A stretch of DNA of 62,684 nucleotides from Catajapyx aquilonaris (Eukaryota): the NCBI GenBank assembly GCA_000934665.2, contig KZ538550.1, positions 1-62,684 on the forward strand. Direction: 5' to 3'. The number at the start of each line of letters is the position of its first letter. Positions within the stretch are counted from its first letter, which is position 1. Of this stretch, positions 51,754-62,684 are shown in pieces. Below the pieces are notes generated by a model. It did no database searches, had not been told where the DNA came from, and saw only the letters and a list, made by a program, of their open reading frames with translations. Both the position numbers and the translations under genes were made by a program.

Positions 51754-54700
51754 AATGTCTCCTTTTTCCAGGCATCAAGGTCGCGAACTACTACCTCGTA
51801 CTAATGTTCATCACAACACCTTGGATAGTCGTGTTCTCCGAGTGGACAAAAATGTGCATGAAAATGATGACTTGTCTTGCAGAACGATCAATCGAATTCA
51901 CATTGAAATGTCTATCATGGCAGTTTCCCTTACAGAATCCCTTATACTTAAGGGTTGTGACTACTTCAGCAGAAACCCTGCTACTTTCAACAAATTATTC
52001 GTCTGATTTTAAATTTACATATAGCATCTAGCCTAACATTTCCTCAAATATGCGAATTTTACCCCCCCCCCCCTCTATCTTTCACAGCCCTCTCCACATA
52101 TCATACATGTGAAGTGGTACTCTGTGCAGACCAGTGTCACGCAGCCCTCCACATAAATGCACATATTAAATAACAATTGTAGTGTCAGATTCCATAACAA
52201 AATAACCCCTCCCTGTCACGAGCATCCCTGACAGCTCCGGCCTTAAAATGTCGTTGGAGGCGAAGATGGATATGGCAAATGTCGATATTGAGCAACGAAG
52301 GCCTCTGTATCACAGCACCTTCTCTTTAGACTCCAGGACACTTAAAGAGAAAATTATGAAGCTACAAACATAAGCCACGCCACTACCCATCAGTCTTCAT
52401 TTTAATATTTTAACAAAATATCATCATCATCACTAACATTCGTGTCAGCAAAGTTCATCCGAGCTAGAATATTGTGCAGTATTTCTGCAGCGCAATGTAA
52501 AATATACCGTATATGTTATTTCCTAGTGTGCCCGTAAGGGCACCATTGCGGATCGACAAGTAGTCCGCAACTTTTGTGGAAATGCCACCCTACGGTACCC
52601 GAGGACTTCAGAATGAGACCCCGTTTGACCATTTGTCCACTGTGAGCCTACGAATGGGCCACCAATAATGGAAATTTTCGGTGGTGCTGTTTCCTATAAA
52701 AAGTTGTCAAAGAATTTTCTCACTTTTGCCCGAAGTCACCGTTAAGAATAACACATACATTCTCGAAGCACGCGGTATAATCATATACCGCCAGTTTCCC
52801 AAGGCAGTCTGCAAATAACAAAGAAAATCTTACCAGAAAAAAAAGTTTAGCGACGCCAAAAAGTTTGCTTCGCTTCTCAAGAAATGATTACTTCCTCCAC
52901 TCGCTAGAGTTGAACCCAATTCTGTGCAATGCACTTAGATCAACTTTCTGGCTCTGCCTCCCTATTGAGTTATAGCCTATACGGAGTTCCCTCTCCACCC
53001 CCACTCCTCAGCCCCTCTCCCTCTGCACCAAACAATGGGTCTGAGGAGCAAAAAGTGTCCAGGCCGATCAATCCGCCAAATACATGGTCTGGTTTACTTC
53101 TTCTCCGTTGACACTAAGTTGGCAAACCGACGCCCTCCGAATACTGGCCGGCCATTTGCAGACAGTCCAAAAAGCAGGCCTTCAATCCGTCCAACACTAC
53201 AACTCGGTGTAAAAACAAAAAAAGAGACTACTGCGATCGTGCGCAGTAGTCCCTTTTATTCATCGGGAACTGCACTTGGTTCCACAAAGTCGTTTGAAAA
53301 CGTGTGCAGACATTACCCAGAGTCATGTATGGTATGACGGTCAAAACCATGTTCATCAACAATTTTACTGAATGATTAAAATCTGAGTCTTTGAAATTCA
53401 TTGTCCTCGCCACACACATCCGTGGTACTTTATATGGAAACATCTGATGATAGCGATGAAGCAAACCGCAGCTGGGGCAAAAAGCCTTAGTTGGCGAATT
53501 TTATGAGAATCGACCAAACCACATAGAGAGGCACGTGCCCGCTCGAGGTTGCTTATGAAAAAAAATATAAAAAATGGTGAGACCATTATCGCCTTGTCCC
53601 CTTTCATCCCAAGTCCAATATGGCGCACATTATTTCCACCGCGATCCCGGCGCATCTTCGTCTCCCGAATCTTTTTTTCTACGTCATTTGGTTAATAGTC
53701 CTCCGTCCGCATAACGCCAGGCTGGGTTAAAGGATCTCATTTCGAAGCAACCACCAAGGAATGCGACCTGACGCATGGGAATAATGCCGCAGAATTGGAA
53801 TGAAGGGGGAAGTCCTGGGACAGCCAGAAAAATAACCCGACATTTTTGGACACTATAAAAAACTTGCAAGATCTCTTTAGGTACAGTATACGACATGAAT
53901 TTCAAAGTAATCTGAAAAGAGGTTATCCAGACCACTAATTTTTACACCAAGTTTTTGTGCCAATTTGATTGCTAATTTAGTCTTTCTTGGCTTACAAGTT
54001 AGTCGCCAGTGACTGCTCAAGCACGTGCATTAAATTCGGGAGAATTTTAAGATAAAAATAATCGAGTTAGTGTTGTGGCGCCGTTTGCTACAACTACTCA
54101 TCCTGAAAAACCTAAATCGGAAGCGGCATTCCAAGGAGGCCTGTAAGTGCTGAAAGGAGAATCTGCGCTGTGTGCACGACTCGCTTCGTTGCAGGCATCT
54201 TCCTTTTTCTGCTTCAAAAATCAATGCATGCTCTATTGAGGAGAAAATACTCGCCTTCGGCAATACCAAGTTTCTTACACTCTCATAATTAAAGCAAAAA
54301 CCTTTACTCTGTTAAGCGAAGGTATCTGATACGGCATCAATGTTCCTCCTACGTCGTGCAATGTGGGTGGGAAATGCCACAGTTCCTTTGAAAATTTCCT
54401 ACGGCTTTTCTTCCGCCCACACCAGCAGATTTGTCGGGCCTACATTTGCGGAAAATAAAAGAAAGATCCTAGCCTTTGGAAATGTCAAGGATGACGGTGA
54501 TGTAACCTCTATATTACTTAAATTCGTTTTTCCTATACCGAACTGGGCTGCTGTTGGGGCAAAATCCGGCTTACCATATGGCGGATGGAAAACTTGGCTC
54601 AAATTGCAGTTTGGTATGAGACGGAGATGAGCCAATATCGACATTTCAACAAAAACTTATGTATTTAATGACCTTTGACGTTACGATTTGACTGCCATTT

Positions 54701-55356
54701 TCAATATGATCATTTCCCTTTGGAAAGCGTCACAATTGTCGCCGCTATAAATTACGTCCCGTTTCACATAACACTGGCTCTCGTGCGAGCAAATTCCACA
54801 AGCGAAAAGGGCAAAAATCTTCAAAGGACCTTCCCTCTCACTCGTCAAAGGCTTTCTCCTATAGTGGCAACTTGACGATCAGACTTAACTGTGATCCTCC
54901 ACTATTCCCCTCAATTCGACCAGAAAGTAAGTGGTCAGCCAGCAGACCATTCGAATATCCTGGCCTGTATGAAACCCATGTGCCTCCCTTGCATTGCTCC
55001 GACTCGTAACCGGCAGGGGATCTGCTGGCTTCCATTCAAAAAGACCTTACGGGTTATGTAAGCATATCTACACTAGTATGATATTTTGTCAGTCAGTCCT
55101 ATACCCGACATGCTAAGTGCATCATCGTGACTGATGATGTTAAACTGACGCCTCCACTCGACGCAATATGACTGCATTTAGTCGGATTCAATGGCGGTCG
55201 TTCACATTCCAGAGCAAGGGGAGGAAAAACCCGTCAGCTGTGAGTGAAAGAGCATGACTGGTGGTACCCTGGATTGGGGGTAGGACTGGGGTGAAGAGGA
55301 CCACACAATTAATTTGCTATTCCCCCTTATCTGCGGAGGAATACAAGGCGGTACTA

Positions 55357-55413
55357 GCTGTAATTAGCACCGAGGGTTCAATATTAGACAGGCGCCATGC
55401 AGGACAAGGGGTA
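55357..55413 (+). pseudogene. Possible RNase H shard from a non-LTR retrotransposon
   Basis: AVISTEGSILDRRHAGQGV resembles the RNase H first motif xIYTDGSxxxxxxGxGV, with the catalytic D replaced by E. Confidence 0.35.
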
Positions 55414-57376
55414 GCACTAAAACTAATTACTAGAATTGGACTAGGGCGGGCAATAAATGCCACCTGGCGTGCAGACACTAACATCGACGCAACAAAAAAA
55501 GAACAATGGGAAAAAATGAGGCCGCGACTCACTTCGCAATGCAGCTAGACTTCTTGCCAAAAACAGACCTAACTCCGACTCAATCAATACCCCTGGTGCC
55601 ATTTCTAGCCGCAAAAAATATACTCGGCCATCCCAAAAAAATTGCTAGGGATCATAACTCATCCGCGTCATCATCTCGAACCGCGGCATTCAATTAGAGT
55701 CGATCCCCTGGCTTATCCTAATTATTCATGCGCCCAGCACCTGCGGGGCGCTGGAACAAGCTGTTCATCTCCTTGCAACAATTTCATTACCGAACAAGCC
55801 CCACCTGTGCATTTCTTTATCATCTCCGCCGAGGGTAATGAATTCATTTATGCCAAGCAACACTTGCGCCTACTCGTATACAAATGACCCTACCGCTTAT
55901 CGGTCAGCATCTAACCCAACCATGCTTTAGGCCGCCCTCTATATTGGCTGATCACAAAAATTGTCGCAACATGGGACCCAGGCACCGGGAAGTGCACTAT
56001 GGCTGATTGATTAGTATACCCAGTAGGTCGATTCCTCCGAGAATGTGGCCAAATTCGGTGGTCCCATTACAGCATCTCGGGTATTATGCGGTACAGTACA
56101 TCATCAAGTTACACGTGGCGCAAATTACGGCTGGGGGTTAGAAATTTTTTCATTGGCACAAATACATCATGTACACAGCCTTAGAAGACTACTGACAATG
56201 GGTAACATGGTTGACAATATCAGTTATGAAACAAACAAGTTAGTAATCGTACGTTATACAAGTCATGTACAGTACTGTACAGTACGCAATGGGGGTCATC
56301 CTGCGAGTTATGCCAACATCCAACCTTCCTTGCGAAACGGGTTGCCTGGTGCACAGGATGACACCCGTTCAATTAATCCTGAAAGACAAAGCCCACGATC
56401 CAAGAAGTGCTCGCCTTTCCAAACATCCTGTAGTAGAATTTACTGCAAAAACATGACAATATCCTCCCCTGGGGTAAGTGGTGATCCTACTTCGGGTAGG
56501 GGCAATCGTGTCGAGTCATTTTCACACTGGCAAGGTTTATTCCTTAGGCAAAGTATACTCCTATTGCAAATAAAACCTGCAGTATACGATCGTATTGCTT
56601 GTTGGTCAACTTCTCGAAAATGAATAGGCTGCGCTTCATAGCATAAAAAGGTTAATAGTCTCGACTATTACTTCACAAGGTAACCCCTAAAGTCGGCTAA
56701 CCTCCCTTCATTCTGCATAATATTTTCTGAATTGTACGTAACCTACTTTCATAACAATTCGAATGCATTCCTTACCCACCTGGTAACCCAACTGGGAACG
56801 TAAATTCACGTGCTTTGTCATTAATACCGGACAATAAAAATGGTCATCATATCTCAAGTACCCTCTTCTCGACGTAAAATAAATTCGAAATCTTCCCCCG
56901 AGTACCTGAAAGTTAAGAATTGCTTTAAACTGCACATTACAAGAGTACCGTAGTTCTAAAGGTATTTTCTACCACTACAGGCATAAGACAGATCCCACCT
57001 GCCGTCTTACCTCCGGATAACCCACAGTAAACCGTTGGATAGGCGTGGGACTGTCACATGTCATGCATTTGACGAAAGGTATCTCGGATATAATCCTAAG
57101 CAAGGTGTGACAACTGCCTTATGTCTCGAAATAAAGAATATTCAGCTTAAGATTAGCGTCAAGTTTTGATATAGGCGAAAACATGACATTTGAAACGCGG
57201 ATTGCTGTCGAGTAATTCGGAGAAACTGACTTGGATATCTCGTTCCTAGAAAGGTTTACCAGTAGGATGAGCGATCGCCTTCGAATCAAATTCTTATGAA
57301 AGTTGGTACGTCTTCGATACCCATCGATTCAGCAGGTGCTTATGAATAATAGTATACTTTATTAGGGGATTTCTAA

Positions 57377-57537
57377 AGGCCATTTCACAAAAAAATGTCG
57401 CGCGGCAAACGGCGCGACTTGCGGCAAATTTTTTATTTAGATTTATTGTTGCCAATTGTTGGCAATAATAAATATAAATAAAAAATTTGCCGCAAGTCGC
57501 GCCGTTTGCCGCGCGACATTTTTTTGTGAAATGGCCT
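57377..57537. mobile_element. PIF/Harbinger (Tourist-like) palindromic MITE (161 bp)
   Basis: TAA|AGGCCATTTCACAAAAAAATGTCGCGCGGC ... GCCGCGCGACATTTTTTTGTGAAATGGCCT|TAA. The arms pair almost to the centre with about 2 mismatches. Confidence 0.92.
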
Positions 57538-58041
57538 TAATGATCCACTGTAAGTACACATGAAGAATAAAAAACTTGCAAAATGTTGCCACCGGTTACG
57601 GAGGGCCCTGCATAGTGCAAGAAATTAGGGAAGATGTAAGTCCCTTTTTGAAATGAACAATTCCCCATTTTGTTGTGTAAAAACGCTTTTCGCGTAGTAA
57701 TCAGCACCTTTAGTCGTCTGTTACTGGTCTAGTTATTAGCTATTCTACTGTAGCTCCTCACCCACCACCTCCCTTCGTGGAGCCATATAGTAGTCGAGGC
57801 AAACGGTGCCATATGCTCCGCTCGGGGAGTTGATGAGGGAGTTACCATAGTGTCACCAACTTTTGTTCATAAATTGCAATAGAAAGACTTTTTTTGCCGC
57901 TTTACGGTTATGCAGATTGCAGAGAAAGGCATGCTGTAAAAAATATCAACTAAAATTGCTAGTCCTCGGAAATAAATTGTGAAAGCTAGCTGTTACCATT
58001 ATCGCTATTGTGAAACATTCAATAGCGTGAGCCACGACATT

Positions 58042-58161
58042 ACCATAGATTTTATATACTATATCCATCTCCTGTGTGAACTATAACATCGGAGTGATAG
58101 CGGAATCACTCCGATGTTATAGTTCACACAGGAGATGGATATAGTATATAAAATCTATGGT
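58042..58161. repeat. Perfect palindrome, 57-bp arms and 6-nt loop (probable CATAGA-terminus MITE)
   Basis: 58042-58098 is the exact reverse complement of 58105-58161; loop AGCGGA. Confidence 0.92.
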
Positions 58162-59173
58162 CTTTCCGGAAGATGCTTGTACATCAATCGATCGATGACT
58201 GCATGGAGATCGATAGTTTCACTCCTCCGTCGATGTCAAACTACCGCATATAGGTGATTTCTCGAATCTATGCGAACGATCAGAATATGTGAACAACTCA
58301 TTTTGCGCGGACTAGTCAAATTATCGCTTTTCATTCAATTCGCTTGACCTGCGAGCATAGAACCAAGTGGAACTGGTTCAACACTTTATTTGTACGGACA
58401 GTAACATAAATTAATATCCAGATTTCTAAAAATTCACGCCGGTACTTTTTTTCCCCACATTCCTCCTGCAGGACAGGAGAATCTGAAAACGCGTATCAAC
58501 AGGTCTAGAGCATAAAGGAAACATCGGACACTGGAGATTCAGAGGATGTGTATCTGGAAAGTCACGTTCTTGTACTGTACCTCATGTATACTGATTGTTA
58601 TTTACAGAGAATTTTCCACACACCAGTTATTTTTGTGGATCTTTTAACCAATGCCGTACAGTTACTCTACAATAGCCTGCAGTATTTATTTGGCAACAGT
58701 GCAACTGTAGAGATGTTTCATAAAAAGAACTTACCGTTATTTCAAAGCCTATAACGGCAGTACTTTATGCATTAGTCGAAATATATATTTATTTTATTAT
58801 AAACAGTTTTTATTATTTCCTACCTCGAGGCCTACGTATTTTCACTGTATAGGTTACATTATTTGTAGTAGACTATTCTACAAAATGCAATTGCTAAAAC
58901 ATTCTAATGCGCATTTTCCGCTAGTGCAAGCGAGGGAAATAGGCTGCTGAGTCACGTTATAAAGGGTAATGGAGAAAGGTCAATTTCAAGATTATAATAA
59001 TAAATGCAACTCATATCAACAGTTTCCTCCTTGAGGGCACATTACAGTATATCGTGGCTTTTGTAAATGTAAAACACTCGCATTCGTTCACACCCGAAGT
59101 TCGTGTGCAATACTAGCCCTACATAATTATAAGAAACATGAAGTTTTTGTATGAACACAACAGCAATCATATA

Positions 59174-60411
59174 CAGGGTGCTCAAAAACTCGCGGAAAGT
59201 CGCCAGGTAGCCTGATAGGACTCGCAAAACTAATATAGGGATGTGGAAGTAGTTTTGGGCTAACTTGCATAGTTTTTGCGTACGACGCCTTCAAGATTTC
59301 GGCAGTTTCATGACGTCACATCCGCCTTGAGGCCCCCATTGCGTCATCATACATCTTGTTGTGGCTGTTGCCATTGGCACTGATTATTGTTGCGAATATT
59401 GTCAACTGTGATTGTTGAGAAATAAACAACGACTTCAGCTTGTATCTGTGGCCAGTCGACAATGGGGAAGTAGCCTTGGTCTGGGATTTGGGATTTTTGT
59501 TCATAACTAGCTAGCCCATGCCTGTAAACATACATTCCATCACTCTGTTGCATCAAAATGACATTACTGGATAAATTACGGCACATTTAAAAGTGCCTCC
59601 AAAATTGGCGGGAAAAACAGAGCAACAGAGTGGTGCCAATCGAAAGGGTACTCTGAAATGCCTGGTTGACTGCGAGATATGAGGAATTTGACTTTGAATT
59701 AACCACGGACACGACGGAAAGCATTCGCAAGGCGGCTGTAGGCCATCGAGGTGGAGAAAAGGGGCCTTCATGTGCCGAATTAGGGAGACAGATAATTCCG
59801 ACCTGGTGGCATCACTGCCACGTACAAAGCGGCTTGAGCGACCTGGAATAAATACGCGCCCCGGCCGCTATCTTGCTCACGGAATGGGACGGTTGCTAAC
59901 AACAGCGAAGCATTTTACGACAATGACGGGGCGCGTTCTATAACACCATTTTTGCGTTCATTTCACTTCGCGTGACGTCAACATTTTCTAGGCTGACAGT
60001 GACGTCACCATCAGCCTACATAAAAACCCCAATTACTCCGGAACTAAAACTGATATCTTAAAACGGAATATGCCAAAAAAATCCAAAAAATATGGGCGAA
60101 TTTATTATGTAGTTTCCAAAATGAAGGCTAGTTCCCCATTGCCAGACTGAAATCGTTGTTTATTTCTCAACAATCACAGTTGACAATATTCGCAACAATA
60201 ATCAGTGCCAATGGCAACAGCCACAACAAGATGTATGATGACGCAATGGGGGCCTCAAGGCGGATGTGACGTCATGAAACTGCCGAAATCTTGAAGGCGT
60301 CGTACGCAAAAACTATGCAAGTTAACCCAAAACTACTTCCACATCCCTATATTAGTTTTGCGAGTCCTATCAGGCTACCTGGCGACTTTCCGCGAGTTTT
60401 TGAGCACCCTG
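59174..60411. mobile_element. Young Tc1/mariner-type non-autonomous element (1238 bp) with 265-bp TIRs
   Basis: TA|CAGGGTGCTCAAAAACTCGCGG ... CCGCGAGTTTTTGAGCACCCTG|TA. TIRs 59174-59438 and 60147-60411 differ at two positions that I could see. No transposase ORF inside. Confidence 0.93.
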
Positions 60412-61010
60412 TATAGGCTTAAGTTGGCTATAGGTCAGACGCAATAATGAAAATTAATTGTCGCCATTAGTAAACAAACTGGGATCAGTGCAAGAGTTTA
60501 CAAGCACGAAATGAAAACCAAAACAACGCAAGAAAAGTCATTAGCATTACACTGTATGGCCTTCAACCAATATATCAATGCCACATGTCTACCCCACATG
60601 TCACATCTATTCCCCCAACCCCTCCACCCCAACTCTCCAACCAAAGACGTTTGTTCAATGGACCCTGTATGACAGGTTGCATCTCCGCCAGGATGAGAAC
60701 AATTAATTTCGTGTCTGCTCTGGATTCCTGAACAGTACCAAACAGTATGCCATTTCTCATTAGCAGGAAAAGGACATTTTAATGGTGTGAAGAGAGAGTG
60801 TAAACCTCAAAAATATCCAACGCATATCAAAGCAATGGTGGCCAAAATGGACGATGACATTGGGCGAACACAGCCCCACACAAAATCAGTGACACAGGAA
60901 TAATTTTTACGGAACATGGCAGTGAATTTCAACGCTGTCAGTTGGTCGGTTGGGAGTGTCAGTGATGCTGGGTGCCTGGCTGGGTGTGCTGTGGTTTGAA
61001 AGGCATGCCA

Positions 61011-61168
61011 AGGCCTGACTGTCCTTGCACCGCAGTGATGGACGGCACAAAATGAGGAAAGTTGATCTGCGGATTCGTGACCACCACCGCATCATGGCCC
61101 ACGAATGTGTACGCGAGAAATTGGAAATAGCGCGTTCAACAATCCTGGACAGACCAGGCTGTAGAAAA
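61011..61168 (+). pseudogene. Mariner transposase second-HTH fragment, frameshifted
   Basis: RPDCPCTAVMD / MRKVDLRIRDHHRIMAHECVREKLEIARSTILDRPGCRK resembles the mariner segment RxGRPxTxxT...KVxxxIRxDRRITxxExAExLxIS...ILxxxLGxRK. Confidence 0.55.
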
Positions 61169-62590
61169 CAGCGCTCCATATTACGGCACCACAAATACTT
61201 ACAGCGAATAACAATGAGGTGAACTAACTTGTGCGCACTAATTTTTCGTCATCTTATTAGTTGACATTCTGGTGCTCATGCACAATAAATCCACAGCCAC
61301 TCCACCTGATTTGCAATCATGTCATAGGCTAGGAGAGAAATCCAGGCTGGCAGGGTTTGGTATCTTGCGAATTCAATTAGTGCACCACCATTGTCGGTAT
61401 GCTGCTCACAATCGTCTCCTATTCACGCCAAATTGCGATTCTCAGGCTCAGAGACACGTCCGAAGAGCTAAATGGCGCAACTTTTTAAATAACTTTGTTG
61501 GCCAAGTTGGGAGAAGTTGTCACCGGTCTAAGCCTCCAAGCGAGTTTACCTGATGGGAAACGTGAACGTGCTCCGGTCTGGATGCCCCTGCTCTAGAAAC
61601 TCCCGAAACCCCTTCCCACTTCTCACTAAGGAAGAAGGATTTCCAAGGCACTCAAATGAAAGAATTTATCCCAACTCTTCCGACATGTGCGGTATATATC
61701 GCTCAAAAAGATGAAGACGATTTTGTATTTGGCGTCAATGCAAAATCGTCCTATCTTTTTGAGCGATAAGTTATAGTACCACCAGTTTTGAGAAAGTTAA
61801 GCTGAGTTCACACAGTTGTGCTTGGGCAGTTGTGGTGCGGGTCCACCAATCAATTGAAGCTGGTAATCCCGGTAGATGATGATTTGCGAAAGAGGCCCAG
61901 CGGATGAGCTGGCAGTATAGTGCTCCAAATGGGTCCATTTCACGCCATGTAAAACTCGACTCTCTGGGCGATTCCCGAGTGACGTTGAGTCGACTTGGGC
62001 AGTCGATTATAATGGGGATACATCCACGTCGAGCAAATGGCTTCCCTCCTCCGAGTGACAAGTGACAAACGGGGGGCGTACTTTGACTACGAGACCGCTC
62101 CCGATCCCACCTCTGACACTAATTTCCTCCCGCTTTTTCTCCTGCCTTTCTACCAGATAAATCTTCCCTGGCACAAAGCTGCTTGCTCTTCTCCTCCCCC
62201 ACTCGAGAACAGGGGCCCAAATGGACATAGAGTGCCCCATTAAACTATTACCCGGCCACTTCGCCGCGACCCAATTAAGGCCACGGGACAGTGCGCAGGA
62301 TTTTCCTGCCCACGGACGCACTTGACACAAGCATGTAAGAGGCTGGCTGGCTGCTGCAGGGTAGCGTCTTCAACCTGCACCATATTACACATACTCCACT
62401 GCTAACGATCCCTCGCCTAAGTACTCTCTAGTGAGTATAGGACAAGTCCGGGTCCTTCAAGGAACTCAAGCCGACGCTGATTGGTGGATCGAACAACAAC
62501 TACCCACAGGCAAAGACAGGGATGTCCATGTCAAGGGCCTCAATATTACGCTCATGTAAGCCGATGCTGTACTGTACAGTATTGGTCATA

Positions 62591-62684
62591 CAGGGTGATC
62601 CAACTCTATGGCACCAGTAGTTATTGGAAAAATCGCGCAAGCTGCTTGTTTATAAGCAGGTCGTTGCTAAGAGATGCTTTCTGG
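62591..62684. mobile_element. Probable left end of a Tc1/mariner-type element cut by the window edge
   Basis: TA|CAGGGTGATCCAA has the same terminal signature as the element at 59174. The partner TIR is not in the window. Confidence 0.35.

Noticed and set aside
56045..56623. Longest ORF (192 aa)
   Set aside because: GTG start, no recognisable domain and random-looking composition.
57976..57989. bantam miRNA-like ATTGTGAAAGCT
   Set aside because: Lacks the 5' seed and a precursor hairpin.

Overview
Non-coding eukaryotic DNA, intergenic or a large intron. It is probably from an invertebrate animal, which is an inference from the transposon repertoire. I find no intact protein-coding gene, rRNA, genuine tRNA gene or CRISPR array, and almost all listed ORFs look like noise. 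The window is rich in non-autonomous DNA transposons (MITEs and foldbacks), recognised by terminal inverted repeats (TIRs) and target-site duplications (TSDs). These are two Academ-type elements (TAGT...ACTA, 3-bp TSD), Tc1/mariner-type elements (TA TSD, one with 265-bp TIRs), a PIF/Harbinger MITE (TAA), a hAT MITE (8-bp TSD), CMC-like elements and a perfect 57-bp-arm palindrome. Also present are two copies of one tRNA-derived SINE, decayed mariner and LINE coding shards, microsatellites and two N gaps. The most unusual object is an 809-bp TIR element with an exact 8-bp TSD (39382-40190). It carries an internal tRNA-like Pol III cassette, a 21-bp tandem array and a TTAGG-type motif. All alignments were done by eye and family assignments have not been checked against any database.
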